Shown piece after piece: positions 35,976-49,381 of a stretch of DNA of 64,000 nt. The stretch is from NCBI GenBank assembly GCA_973895155.1, contig OZ316891.1, positions 26,405,972 to 26,469,971 on the forward strand. The letters run 5' to 3'. A program made the position numbers and the translations under genes. The notes under the pieces are model-generated. The model was given only the letters and a program-made list of their open reading frames with translations, was not told the DNA's origin and did no database searches. The number at the start of each line of letters is the position of its first letter. Position 1 is the stretch's first letter. The stretch comes from Marsupella aquatica. Lineage: Eukaryota; Plantae; Marchantiophyta.

Positions 35976-37661
35976 TGTGATGCCTAGCCAAGAATCATTA
36001 GGCCAGTTTAAATAGTAAAATCAGGAGTGTACCCTAGGAAACACCTTAGTATAGTAACAAAAACAGGGAAAATATAAACAATTAAGGGTAACTATGGAAC
36101 CCGAGCCGAGGCTGAAAGTAAGGACACCAGGGGAGGGAACACGATTAGGGTTAGGGCACGCTAAGTACCGGCGGCTATGGGTAACCAACGGGAAGGAAGA
36201 CCAGCCAGGGGGGTAAGGACCGATCGCAAGGAATGACGATTCATTTGCAAGCACAAGCCAAGCGGACGACTACGGGAGGCCAACTACTGTCCGCTGCTCA
36301 GGCAAGCACTCAGGGTGGAAGCAGATACCGACAATCAACTCAAGAAGAGTATGAGCAACATCAATCAAGTTGCTCATTTTTGGGGATACCTGTTAGAACG
36401 GGCAACTGAGTACATTGGGACATACGAGGACAAAGAATTGGAGAGAGCGGCTCGAGAACGGTAGGAGCTTGCTCGGCTATGGGAGCTGCAAAAGTCTGCC
36501 TTCTTAGGAGGAGAACTCATTACAGCTAAATTCTTGTGGACGCCTACTGCCGACAAACTCGATGATCTGCTGTTTTGTGAGGACAGAATAGTCGGCATTC
36601 GGGGGGCCATCAACCGCTGTAACGACATACATTGGGAGTTGAAGGGTAGCACGGAGGGGTGGACAAAGGCAACCGTGCTAGGAGAAACATCCACAGTAGC
36701 CGCTATGAAGAGGAAAGGGAATAACAATGAAGAAGCCACCCCTGCGAAAAGAATGAGGTCGGCAGCACCCAGGAAACCAACAGAGCAGGGAAGCAGGAGG
36801 CAAGCGGAAGCCAAAGAGGAGGAGGTCGACCCCGTCAATGCCATTCCAACAAGAGATGACACCTAGAAAGGCTGGGCGGCAACCCTCCCCGAGGAGGTGC
36901 AATTACACTTTGCATGGGAAGAGGATGCATGCTTTACGGCTATGCAGACTCGGAAATACCAGGGCTTCATGGCCGGATCCGGCTTGGAAGCCTTCGTAAA
37001 GTTACCATGGCTGAAGCCGGAGGTGTCAGGTTCAGACTTACTAGAATTCATGGGATCATGGGAGCCGAGACCAATTCCATAAGGGTGTATGGGAAGGATT
37101 TCTATCTCACTCCTTGGGTGATTGCCAAAGTGTTTGGCTTGCCGATGGGCAATAAGACCAAAGTAGATACCAGGAAGACCTTGCCAGACAAGGAGTTCCG
37201 GTCGTTTCCAGGGCCATCAACAAAGAATGGCTTCTTCCAAAACACCTGCATAAACCCGCACATAGGAGAAATGATCAATTTCTTGCGGGTGACCATGCAT
37301 TGCAACTTGCCGAGGGCAGAGATCGGCAAGGTATAGGTCTATCTGGCGGAGAGGCCAGACCCAAGCTGAGACTACAACGGGTACCTCCTCACCCAACTAA
37401 AGAAGATCTTGAAGGAGGAATAGCTGGTGATCGGCATGGGAAGCGTGTCCCGACTTGGTTATCATATGCCGCTGTTGTGCCGGTATGCCCGAAGTCAGAT
37501 ATTCGCCCCGGTACTGCCCCTGCAGGCAAGAGCACCAAAGGAGGTTATGGAACCGAGGCTAGCAATAGAGAAACCAACCCAGCCCGATAGTCCTACAATC
37601 GAGCAGGTGTTTAGGCCGAGGAAGGAGGACTTGCTGATGCAGCAACCAGGCATGCACCACA
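35976..37661 (+). repeat. 5' LTR, internally deleted
   Basis: 36521-37656 matches 49382-50178, then jumps via ATGCA to the LTR end ATGCACCACA (seen at 53149-53158), followed by the PBS. Confidence 0.85.
36351..37656 (+). pseudogene. N-terminal part of the LTR-encoded accessory ORF
   Basis: ATG at 36351 in frame with 36534 and 36897; GLEAFVKLPW..LLEFMGSW..RVYGKDFYLT..IAKVFGLP, homologous to 62788-63200. Confidence 0.7.
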
Positions 37662-37665
37662 TTTT

Positions 37666-37683
37666 TGGCGCTAGATGGAGGGG
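37666..37683 (+). promoter_or_regulatory. Primer binding site, tRNA-Asn type
   Basis: TGGCGCTAGATGGAGGGG, one mismatch from the complement of the plant tRNA-Asn 3' end as recalled (TGGCGCTAGAAGGAGGGG). Confidence 0.8.
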
Positions 37684-37899
37684 GCATTTCTTAAGCCGTG
37701 AGATATGAAGTTAGGGAGGAAACATAGGTAATGACTGAAACTACGCCGAGGGAGGAAAGAGCGATTCAATGGGAGAGAGCTCGTCTGCAGCAGCTCGCCG
37801 GGTGGCATGATACACAGCGACTGAGAGGGGCAGAAAGAGCTAGTCACTCCGTAACTCAAAAGTGGCGTCGAAGAAGACATACCAAAAGAAGAGTCGGTA

Positions 37900-40727
37900 A
37901 GGAGGAGTGAGTCCCCAACCGACATGGGGGAACCGGAGGCACGGCCAGAAGAGAGGCCTGGGACCAGACTGAGCCAATGGTCGCGCATTCATTACAAGGC
38001 ATTTCATGGAAGAGGAGATGAGGATCCGGATGAATGGTTGGATGACTTCGAAGGAACCGCTGCAGCAAATGGAGAATCAGCCATCAAGATGTAGATTCTT
38101 CCTGGCCTGTTCAAGGGTGAGGCTAGGCCCTAGTACAGAGCATTGGATCATGTGGAAGATCAAGCCATCTGGCATACCTTCAAATCATTATTTGTAAAGG
38201 AGTTTTGACCCATTGGAACCTCAGAGCTAGCAGTGCTGAAGTTGGGACGACTTCGGTTCAAGGAGAACAAATCCTTCAGAAAGTTCTTGCAACGCTTCCA
38301 AAAGCTGGTAAGACGTACAAAGACCAATGCATCTAAAGGTATGCAACTTCAATGGTTGGTAAATACTTTGCCATAAAAGATGAGTTTTGCAATTAGGAAG
38401 GAGAACCCAGAGACTTTAGCCGAGGCAATTAGAGATATTCAATTGTACATTAATGCGGACATCACAAGCCGGAAGAAATAGCTTAAGTCTGAGAGTTCCT
38501 CATCGGAGGAAGGATCACCCCATAAGAAAAAAGATAAGAAAAAGAAACATTCTAAGAAGTCAAGAAGTGATAACTCAAGCTCGGATAGTGGAAGTAGCAA
38601 GAGTGAGTCATCTTCTAGTTCCGAAGAAGAAAAATCTCGGAAAAAGAAGGGTAGAAGGAGGGGGAAGTTGAAAGTCAAGCTAGAAGCTAAAACACCAGAT
38701 AACATCGTAGCTCTTACCAAGCAGCTTAAGGCTATAATAGCATAGGTAAAGCCAAAGAAGAAGGTAGTACTCGAGGATAGCTCTATATGGTGTGCCTTAT
38801 GTTATAAAACCGGACACCATAAAGATGCATGTCCTAAACTTAATACTAGTCATGTTCGGCATGTGGCTGAGGTCAGACCATGTCAGGGAGAAGTAGAGTA
38901 CTTTCTAGGGGATGCCGCTGATAGTGTTTTTGGCATCAGTGAGACTGGAGCACGAGACCTATCCAACCGACCTACATCTCTCTGGTCAGGATTATGGAAC
39001 AATCCGGGAGAGATGTATCCTCGGATTATTCAAAATCCGTCAGTACCTCCTAGGCCGAATGTGCAAAGATTTGCGGCATGCTATAATTGTGGTCAACCTG
39101 GCCATTTTGCTAGAGAATGCTCGAATGCACGCAAACAAGGTGATGGACAACCAGCTCAGCTATGTATGGGATGCCGACAGGAGGGTCACATGCTAGGACA
39201 ATATTCTTCTTGGTTGGCAGGACTTGCCGTAAATCATAAGCTCTTGCCGGTCAAGGTCTTGCCTCCGTGTACTACCCCAGGAGGAGTTCAAATCAACCAC
39301 ATTGAACTCGGATGGCAAGTGGATGCCGAGGCAGAGTTTGGACCATCTGATGATGAGGCCGAGGCCCTATCAACATTTTCAGAAGAGGATTTGGATCATG
39401 ATTGCTACCGGGTCTCTACTCAATCCACCAGAAGGAAGGAAAGGTGGGATGGGCTGGCCAAAAATAAAGGGAAGGTTAAAGAAGAAAAGATCGACTCTTC
39501 GTCAACATCAACAGAAGGAGAAGGAAGGGCGCCGACAACACAGGTAAGCCATGAGCCCACCAATGAGCTCAATCCTTCACAGGACAGCGACTTCAATCGA
39601 GACCACCCTAAGTTGTTTTACCCCTATATTACGGCTAGTGTTAAGGAACAACTACGAGAATTGGAAACCCTGGAGAATACCAAAGCCATAGCCAAAGATG
39701 TGAAACGAGCAAAAGCGTTGTTTGCTTCGGAGGATCCAGGGCTGTGGAAACTAGCGTGGAAAAACAGGCCAAAGCCAATATAGAGACACCGGCAGAAGAG
39801 AAACCGATAGTCCCCTACGACCTGGTTAAAGATGTACTAGAATCTAGAGTCTCGGCAATAGTAGGTCAGCTGTTGAAAAATAGCCCTTATTTCTGGAAGC
39901 AGTTAAGGAAGGCCATTCTCGGCAAGCCGAGATTACCCAAGGTAGCAACCAGATCTGACGTGCTGATGATAGAAGAAGATCAAGGAGCCCCAGCATTACC
40001 ATTAATGATTCAAGGAGAAATATTACTAAGGGTACCCATTGATGGAGGATCAAGGGTATGTATTATGATTGATTCAATAGCAAAAGGATGGGGACTAACG
40101 CCGAAGATGACTGGAAGAGTGTTGAACATGGCCAATGGGTATCAGGTCATTCCCACGGGAGTGTTAACCGGCATCAAGACTGAGATAGGAGGGATCTTCT
40201 TTAGCATTAACTATGTAGTAATGAAGCCGGTAAAACCTACATCATTTCGGCTATTGATTGGCAAGCCATGGTTGTATCTAGCCAAGGTAATAGAAGATTG
40301 GGGGAAGAAGGAGTTCACTTTTGGAACCCCCGCTATCACGGTATCTTGGGACACCAAGGATGACCGTAGGAGAAGCATCAGGGAGGTAGACGGGTATGAC
40401 AGTGGACTGGAGTCAGCAGATGAGGTACGTTGGCTAGAATGCCTCACTAACCTGACCGCAGAAAGTATCTTTGGACCAAAAGTATCTCCCAGCGAACTAT
40501 GGCAAGAACCTATGGAGAGTGACTTGGAGGAATGTGAAGACGAAACCGAGGATTGCTTTGCCATAGAGTCCACCTTTTTAGCTTCAATTCCGGAGGAAGC
40601 ACAAGAAGTGGACCAGTTGGATGAAATGGCTAAGTGGGGAGCTGCACCCGAGCCAGTGGATTTTCCTCAGGCGTTGTGGCAGAGCCGGCAGGATCCACAA
40701 TGCCGTCTATCATCGGCAATAAATTAA
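37900..40727 (+). pseudogene. gag: gag (zinc knuckles) and aspartic protease
   Basis: FHGRGDEDPDEWLDDF, CALCYKTGHHKDAC, CYNCGQPGHFAREC, PIDGGSRV, LLIGKPWL. Confidence 0.85.
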
Positions 40728-41039
40728 ATACCAAGGAATTGGCATACAAGCCGATTACGAGGGCAGAACAAATTGAGGCCCTATTAGAAGCTGGAAGAGC
40801 ACAACGACCTGACCCTCAGGAGGCAGGAATGGATGAGATACACAGAAACAAGCCAGAGCCGAGGCCGGAAGGGAAGCTGACCACCAATTCAAAACCGAAT
40901 AGACCGGCAAGGGGACACTCTACGGATAACCAGGGAGAAACCAACTCGGCTAGTACCGTCAAGATTCCAGTTTATGGAGGTATGAGACTAGAGAGGTTGG
41001 AGGCCGAATTGGACCCAAACTTGAAGAAGCAGATGAATT

Positions 41040-42918
41040 TGATCCAAGCACGGCAATATCAAAAGCTCGACTTAGGAGAAGGAAGGGAACTGAACTTGGG
41101 ACAGGACCTAGCACCTGAGCTTGAGAAAAAAATCAGTGAATTACTGATTGAATTTTAGGATGTGTTCGCATGGAGTCACCAAGACCTGAAGGGAGTAGAC
41201 CCAAAATTAGGAGAACATTGAATTGATCTCATGTTAGGGGCCAAATCATTTCGACAACCAATTCGAAGAATGAACCCTAAGTATTCCCTGATGGTCAAAA
41301 CTGAAATTGACAAACTAGTGGAAGCCGGATTCATCACTCCAGTCCTGCATTCAGACTGGGTGTCTCCAATTGTGATAGTTCCCAAGAAAGCTGGACCCGA
41401 TGGTAAACCCAAGATCCGAGTTTGTTAGGATTACAGGAAGTTGAATGAGGCTACGTTAAAGGACCATTTTCCTTTACCCTTTACTGATATGGTACTAGAC
41501 ATGGTAGCCAGTCATGAATTATACTCATTCATGGATGGGTACTCTGGTTATAACCAAATCAGGATTAGGCAGGAGGACCAAATCAAGGCGGCCTTCATCA
41601 CGGAATGGGGGATCTATGTCTTCAATCGTATGTCGTTTGGACTCTGTACCGCACCAGCTATGTTCCAGCAATTAATGGTGAACATTTTCCATGACTAGTT
41701 GAGAAAGTTCATGGAAATCTTCATTGATGACTTTGCAGTATTTGGGAAAGCATTGAAACATGCTAAATACCTAAGGAAGACCTTCATGAGATGCAGAGAG
41801 GTAGGTCTCAAGTTACACCCAGATAAATGTTTCTTTGGAGAACAGAGGGTGTGCTGCTAGGGCACAAGTATCGAAGAAGGGCATTGAGATTGACAAGGGT
41901 AAGCTAGCAGTATGGCTTGATATCATGCAACCTAAAAACATAAAGGATGTGAGATCCTTCTTGGGTTGCATTGGGTATTATCGCCAATTTATCAAGGATT
42001 TTGCCAAGCTAGCTTTACCATTAACCAACATGCTCAAGCAAGCGCAGACTTTGAACCCACAGCAGAAAGAGTAACAGCTATGGTGGAATTAAAGCAAAAG
42101 TTAGTGGAGGCCCCAGTCATGATAGCACCAGACTGGAACAAGGATTTTCATGTCTTTGTAGATGTCTCAGGCTTCTGTATCGGCTCAGTACTAAGTCAAT
42201 TAGATGAGAAAGGAAGGGACCATCCCATATACTTTGCAAGCCGCCAGCTTGCCGATGCCGAACAAAACTACTCCACCACAAAAAGAGAAGCTTTAGGAGT
42301 CATTTATTCATGTAAATTTTTTTGGCATTATTTGCTAGGGTACAAAGTAATCTTTCATACTGATCATGAAAGTTTGAAGTACCTAGTAAATAAGCCGGAC
42401 CTTACAGGCAGGGTAGCAAGATGGATTTTGTTATTACAGGAATTTGACTATGAGCTAAAAATCAAGTCGGGAAAGCTACACGCCAATGCCGACTTCTTTT
42501 CAAGGATGATCTAGGTGAACCTGCCACAGATTGCATTGATGACCAATTTCCCGACAAAAAGCTATTCGTTATGGAAATAGCTGATACATGGTACCCTGAG
42601 ATTTTGCAATTTCTCAACACGTCCAGATTACAGCCAGGGCTAACCCGAGAACAAGCCGTAGTCTTTCTATGGAAGGTCAGACAGTATCAATACATTAAGG
42701 GTGTGCTACACAGGTATGGAATCAGCGGCACGATTCAAAGGTGTTTGGAGAAGGGGAGGTAAAACGAGTCTTACGGGCTATGCATGGGGAGGAGGCCGGC
42801 GGACATTTTTCTCTAGTAACCATGTCTAAGAAGATATTAAATGCCGGTTACTGGTGGCCCACCTTGCACAAAGATGTCTATCAGTTTATCAAACAATACA
42901 ATCCTTGTCAATGAGCGG
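41040..42918 (+). pseudogene. pol: RT, RNase H and start of integrase
   Basis: WVSPIVIVPKK, KDHFPLPF, MDGYSGYNQI, FIDDF, VDVSGFCIG, TDHESLKYL, ARWILLLQEFD, H..AGGHF; cut at 42919. Confidence 0.93.
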
Positions 42919-44094
42919 TGTCGTGATTTTCTCTTAAGTTATAAAAAATTGTTTGTTTTAATATGTTATAGATTATATAAGTAATTTAGTAGTTAGATTA
43001 TTAAATTTAAACTTTATTAAACTTCTTTAGCTATATTAACGGACTATAGAAGTTCCACCAATGCATATGAGTAGTTCCACCAACTACAATAATATTCACC
43101 AACGCATAGTGGTTCTACCAACGCATAGTAGGTCCACCAGTGCATAGTAGTTCTACCAACGCACGTAGGTCCACCAACGCATAGTAGGTCCACCAACGCA
43201 TAGTAGGTCCACGAACGCATAGTAGTTCCACGAACGCATGGTAGTTCCACCTACTAAAAGTAGTTTCACCAACTATGAATAGTACTAGCACACTCTTAGG
43301 TATTAGATGTTTGACACTTGGCCTTTATCCAAGTGTTTGGGCTTGATCCATGCCCTCTTGGTGTGCACTATAAATAAAGTGGCGAGGGGCACTCTTCCCT
43401 CATTCCACAGTGTTTATCATTCAAGGTTATGAAGCTCTTTTGTGCCTTGAACATAGTAGTGGGGCGTCCTTTGGCCCGGATAGCAAACGAATGAGTGGTA
43501 GATTTATAGATGGGACCTTAGGGAATAAGGTTTCTTTGGGAATATAGGGGTGGGGCGTCCTTTGGCCCGGATAGCAAAGGAATAGGAGAGTCATCATGAA
43601 TCCAGGAGAGAGAGTTATCCCTGATCTTCCCCTTCGTAATCCGTTTTTTATTAGAGTCCATCTTTTAGATAAACCATCTATGAGGCAACATCTAACCTAT
43701 CATTTTGGAGCTCAATTTGCAACTGCTGTTATGGTTTCTAATGAGCCAATAATATACCCAGTGGTGTCGTATCGAGAGGAGTGGGAGTGCATCATCTTTG
43801 TCCTTTATTGAAGTCATGGATCTGAATAGGAGTCCGAATGATATTCCTGTTTCATTTTCTCTTGGAGATATTAGGATCATATGTCGTAAGAAAACTAATT
43901 TTTGTGATGTGTTGGTCCGCAAGTATGGTGAAATAGGGTTTAACAGTATTTTAGTTTCACCTGAACCTTTCTTAATACCCACTACCCTTGTTACTAGAAT
44001 TATCATTTTGATTTTAGTGTAGAACTTATAAGCATGCAAGGTTAACTTCAAAAGAGCCAACATGCTCTTGCCAGAAAACACGGTCACCCGGACA
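42919..44094 (+). repeat. 5' LTR
   Basis: TGTCGTG...CCCGGACA; CTATAAATAAA TATA box near 43368; PBS follows after 4 nt. Confidence 0.85.
43045..43275 (+). repeat. ~19-bp tandem repeat in LTR U3
   Basis: TAGTAGGTCCACCAACGCA and variants, about 11 degenerate copies. Confidence 0.85.
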
Positions 44095-44098
44095 TAAG

Positions 44099-44116
44099 TG
44101 GCGATCATACTGGGGA
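44099..44116 (+). promoter_or_regulatory. Primer binding site, probably tRNA-Arg
   Basis: TGGCGATCATACTGGGGA directly after the LTR. Confidence 0.75.
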
Positions 44117-44240
44117 ACCGCTGGATTTGGAAGTTAGCTTGTGCATGTTTGAGTTCGAATGAATGAAGAGAGATATGGTTTTGGAACTTTGAGTTCTTAA
44201 CTTGTTTATATTATTAAGTCAAGAGGGAAGAATTACAATC

Positions 44241-46805
44241 ATGGGAACTGAGATGAATCCAACTGACATGGAGAGGTTTTCATCCTTGATTGCTGCTTAC
44301 TTACATGGAATGAAGGAGAAGGAGATGGAGGAGAACAAGAAGAAGGAGTTGCTTGGTAGGACCACGAAGTACCTACACTCGATTCTTACCAAGCAAGGAG
44401 AATTTGATGGGCGAAATGTAACCAAGTATCTCAAGGGGTACTGGATGGAGGCTACAATTCATAAGATTGATGCAGAAGTTGCAGTCAAGGAGTTTGTATC
44501 TTTAGTAGAACCTGAACTCAAGGGAATTATTACTACCTTGATAGATGGAGCTACTGGGGAGAAAGCATGGAAGGTCTTTGAGTTGAAGATGAAAGAAGAA
44601 TTTCAGCTTGAAGATCCAGATCGGGTTACTCAAGCATCTTTCCTTGATTGGGTGGCCGATAGAAGCAAGAAGTTGGGACCTCAAGAACTGATAAGGGAAT
44701 TTACGAAGAAGTTCAATCAGCTTCCTGAGATTGGTTCTGAAGTTATCAAGGTACAGAAGGCTACTTTACTTATCCGAGCTACTAATGAGAAGCTTCAAGA
44801 CGAGTTGGAGCTTGCTCTGGAATTGATGAACCCAAGTCGTGGAGCCAGTCCACCAACTTGGGAGGAGATTGAGATTGCTGTGCTTAGGATCAGCCAAAAG
44901 CATAGAAGAAAAAAACTGAGTCATGAAGGTGCTCTACATGCGGTTGCACCTGTGACTTCTATGAGGAGAATGGAGAAAATAGAGTCAACAACTGGTAGGG
45001 GTGAGAAAAGCATGGACAAAATGGATGAGTTGTCTGAACTCATGAAAAATCTTACCATTCTTGCCACCCAAGTCTTCGAGCAGATGGGAGGAGGTGCATC
45101 AAGACCAGTGTCAAGAGGTGGTCCAGGAGCCGGGAGTTCCATTGGCGAAGCAAGGAGTTGGAATTGTATTTGGTATGATAGTAAGGAGCACTCAAGGCGT
45201 GAATGTGGGGAGCTTTCTGTTGCTCTGAGATAGAGAATAGTCAAGTTCATTGATCATGATGGCATAAGAAAGCTTGCTTATCATGATTTAGGAGAGCTTA
45301 TTCCAGTAAACACAAACAAGGGCGGTATGAAGGTGTTGGTGGAGAGAAGAATGACTGAACATCATACTTCAGCCATTGCAGCAACTTTTGGAGATCAGGA
45401 TGAGCATGAAGCAGATGTTTACACCCTCTTTGGGAGTTCTTCGTCAACAGAGATAGACAAGAAGAGACTAGCAGAGTTTGTAAGGAGGAAGTCAGGTTGG
45501 AGTGATCCAGTGTTGATCTCTTCTTTCACTGCAGAAGTGGGATCTCTATGGGATTCTATGGTAGAGGAGAAACGAAAGTCGTCGGAACCTTTGGAAGAAC
45601 GTGCCAAAGGAAAACAAAAGGTTGAGCCTGGACCCTCTATTTTGCAGCCATCATCAAGAGTCCCAACAAGGAAGAGTGTTTGATTTGAAGATAGAGGAAA
45701 TACAACAAAGGAGCCTACTTCGACTCCTTCATCCTCAAAGGAGATGGAAGTGGTAAAAAAAGAGAAGGTGGAAAAGAAAGGACCTGGTTGGGTCCTTGGA
45801 AGAGATGTTGAGCAGCACATTGCGTATGATCAAGTTGCTGAGAAGTTTTGGAAAGCGGAGGTGAGCGGAGTCACCAATGAAGAGTTTTTTGCTTGCATGA
45901 ACTCCAAGGCTCAAGATGCATTACTTGCAAAGGTGAAACGAAAACGATTTTACAAGGAAGGACCTCATGCCTTGGGAATGGAGGTTTTTTCTGATGTTGA
46001 TGAAGATGGAGAAGGTTCAATTGTTTCTCAAGCCAGTGTGGAGTGTGAAGTGTATCAAGTGAATGCGGAGAAGATCCCTAGACCACAGATGCTAGGGTCT
46101 TCAACAAAGGAAGTTCCTGAACCAAAGATGCCAGGAGTTGAGGTATTGGAGATGTGGAAACCATTGGCGAAAGCAACAACAGGATTTGCAGTGACCCAGG
46201 ATATGACAAAAATTAGTCGTGAAGAGGTGCTCAAGGCCTCACAAAGTGTGTGGGTCATGTGTGCTTCAGCTATGAAGAATTTTGATTCAGGAGACGACAA
46301 GGAGTCCATCTTGGAGCCATTTTGGGCAAGAACTTGCTCGGTTGTGGAGGTAGAGCTTGTAGGAATGGAGGGCAAAGCTCGAGCATTGATTGACACAGGA
46401 TCTGAGGTGAATCTAATGTCAAGAAGCATCTATGATCTTGGGCAATGGATGATTGATTGTGATACTCAATGGTCTGTCAACTCAATCAATCGTTCAAAGA
46501 ATATGCTTTGGGGAGGATGCCCTGGAGTATCAGTGAAGGTTGGCCATGTGATAGAACCAACTAACATCTTTGTGCATGATAGCTTGCCCTATGATCTCAT
46601 TCTAGGGCAGCCTTACATTACTCAAGCTCGAATGGAGTACAAGGTCCTACCAGATGGCACTCATATGGCAAAGGTAAGGAGTCGGGATGAATTGCGGGTT
46701 ATCCAATTTCCTGTAGTGAAACCTGGACATTGGAGGAATCGGAAGGAGTTGAGAGGACCTGAACCCAAGGAGGGAAATGAGGATTTCCGGAAGGCGTCTC
46801 GTTAA
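44241..46805 (+). pseudogene. gag: gag-protease ORF with two premature stops
   Basis: ORFs 44202, 45327 and 45744 share one frame; FDGRNVTKYL, CIWYDSKEHSRREC, ALIDTGSEVN, LILGQPY. Confidence 0.88.
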
Positions 46806-46844
46806 GCAATGCGGGAAGGCGGGGCGCCATCGCCAATGACCCGC
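46781..46844 (+). promoter_or_regulatory. Putative -1 ribosomal frameshift signal (slippery heptamer plus H-type pseudoknot)
   Basis: G GAT TTC in phase; 5-nt spacer; stem 1 46793-46801/46820-46828; stem 2 GCGGG 46811-46815/CCCGC 46840-46844; -1 frame open into RT. Confidence 0.7.
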
Positions 46845-49381
46845 TGGTGACTTGGAATGTGAATAGTTTGTTGGCAAGCTCATTTGAAGGTGAAAGCTTG
46901 CATTGTCGAATTTCTTATGTGAAAGTGTGTGAAGCTACTAAAAAATTCAAAAAGAAAATTGCAAGGATTGAGGATACTATGCAAATACATGGATTGCTAG
47001 AGGAAAGTGAAGAGATTGAAGGCCTTCTAGATGAAGAAGGAGTAGAAGTATCTTTGAGAGAAATAATTGAAGGTCTTTTAGAGGGGAAAGCTCATATGGA
47101 AATCAATCATGAGCTGTATGGCGAGTTGTCTCAATTTGTTGAGGTCAACACCAAGTACAAAACAGTGGAGAAGAAAGTGAGACCAGCAGCAATTCCTTTA
47201 CCTTTGGATGCTAGGGAGATTTTGGAGAAGGCAGGTAAAGAGACCAGTCTTAGAGATCGGACTAAGATTGGCCACAAATTCACGAAGGAGACCCTTAATC
47301 AACTAAGGATTGGTGATGATGGGTTGCTGACAAAAGAAGAGAGAGAAGAGTTTCAGCAAATGATTGGTGAGCATGGTAAGGCTTTTGCCTTTTGTCCTGA
47401 AGAGATGGGATGTGTGGATCCTAGTGTTGTTACTCCTATGGTAATTTTCACTGTCCCGCATGTTCCTTGGGACTTGAAACCCATTCCAGTGCCCAAGGCT
47501 TTGTTACCTAAACTTATTGATCTATTAAAGGAGAAGCTTTCCACTAGGATTTTGGAAAGAACAGATGCACTTTATTCTAATCGTTGGTTTACCATTCGTA
47601 AGAAAAATGGTAAACTTAGATTTATTCAGGACATGCAACCACCTAACAAGGTTACTATTCGCAATACTGGAATAGGACCTATAGTAGATGAGTTTGCGGA
47701 AGAATTTGCTGGTAGAGCCATCTATTCATGGTGACCTCTATTCAGGCTATGATCAGTTTCAGTTGGCTCAGAGTAGTAGAGATATCACCACTATGAGGAC
47801 ACCTTTGGGGCTACTTCGCATGTGTACCTTGCCTCAAGGGGCAACCAACTCGGTGGCTCACATGCAAAATGCCATGAATAAGGTATTACACCGTTTCATT
47901 CCAGAGAAGACACAGCCATTCCTTGATGATATGCCAATCAAGGGATGCTTGGAGACAAAGAAAGATGAGACTATACGTGAAGATGGTTTGCGACAATTTG
48001 TATGGGAGCACATTCAAGATGTGAAAGCAATCTTGAAGAGGTTGATTGAGGTTGGGCTCACTCTTTCTGGTGAGAAATCTTCATTTGGGCTTCGTGGAGT
48101 CCTAATTGTAGGACAAATTTGTGGAGTTAATGGGAGGAAGCCAAATGGAGGAAAAGTAGATGCAATCAATCAGATGAAAGATTGTAGGACAACTTCGGAG
48201 GTGCGAAGGTTCCTTGGCGCTTGCTTGTTCTATAGGATCTGGATTCCTCACTTTGCACATATTGCTGATCCTTTGTACGGATTATTGAGGAAGAATGTGC
48301 ACTTTGTTTGGACAGAGGCACATAAGGAGGCTATGCAAAGGTTAAAGGAGACCTTACTTAGCCCCCTTGTTTTACGTCCCTTATGCTATGATGGAAGACC
48401 ATCATTGTCACTGTAGATTCAAGTCCTGATGCTGCTGGATGGGCGGTAGGGCAGGATGATGAGGAGGGGAGAAGATTTGCAGCAAGGTTTGGAGCTAAGA
48501 TCTTTTCAGCAAGGCAAAGGCATTACCCTCAAATCAAGCGAGAGTTGTGGGGAGCAAGGATAGCCTTGTGTCAAGAAAAAGTCTACTTGATTGGAGCACA
48601 AGTCATTCTTGAGACTGATTGTTTACCACTTTTATGGATGATTGCTAACTGTGATACTCCAGACATTGCTATGCTACGTTGGATAGCTTTTATTAGGATG
48701 ATCAACCCCGAGCTTCGACACATTTCTGGAAAAGATAATCCAGTAGCAGATATGCTTTCAAGAGCCTGCTATGATCAGAATGAAGTGGAGGCAGTTCAAG
48801 TGATGAATGGAGAGTTTGAGGTCTTAACATTTCGAGAGGAGCTCTATTCTGGAGAGTTGCTCTTGATTGGAAAGTACCTTAGTACTCTTCAAAGGCCTGT
48901 TGAAATGATAGAAGAGAAGTTTCAACAATTACGGAAGAAGGCTTACAAGTTCATGCTCAAGGATGGTGTTTTATGGAGAAAGTCTTTGAAGAAAGGACAT
49001 GTTCCTTGTAGAGTTCTTGATACAGATGAAGAGAAGAAGAGAGTCTTATGGGATTCTCATGATGTTGTTGAAGCAGGACATCGAGGAGTTAGAGCTACCT
49101 ATGAGCGGGTTCAAAGGTGGTACTGGTGGTCAGGCATGTATGTGGATGTAAAATCTTATGTTGGATCTTGTGAGAGTTGTCAGTATTACTCTAAAGTTTG
49201 GTTTAGAGATGGACTTAATCCCACTAGTCCTCTTTCTTTACATTTTCAGTGGGCAGTAGATGTGGTGCACATGCCATGGGGAATTAGGGGGGCAAAGTAC
49301 CTTGTCCTTGCAAGAGAAGATTTATCTTCTTATGTTGAAGGAAGGGCTTTAACCTCTAACACTACAGAAGCAGTATGCAGG
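46781..49381 (+). pseudogene. pol: RT-RNase H-integrase (truncated)
   Basis: DLYSGYDQ, LPQGATNSVA, FLDD, VRRFLG, ETDCLPL, H...GHRG...CESC, WAVDVV. Confidence 0.92.

Larger units (their letters stand above)
42919..49381 (+). mobile_element. Nested Ty3/gypsy element, tRNA-Arg primed, 3'-truncated in integrase
   Basis: LTR 42919-44094, PBS, gag-PR, RT-RH-INT; ends at TTEAVCR, fused to the host 3' LTR. Confidence 0.9.

Noticed and set aside
36374-36862. Antisense ORF, repeated at 49349-49918
   Set aside because: Shadow of the + strand LTR ORF; the repetition is explained by LTR duplication
37666-37683. tRNA gene
   Set aside because: Only an 18-nt complement of a tRNA 3' end (PBS); no cloverleaf
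43045-43275. CRISPR-like array
   Set aside because: Adjacent degenerate repeats without unique spacers, inside an LTR; no cas genes
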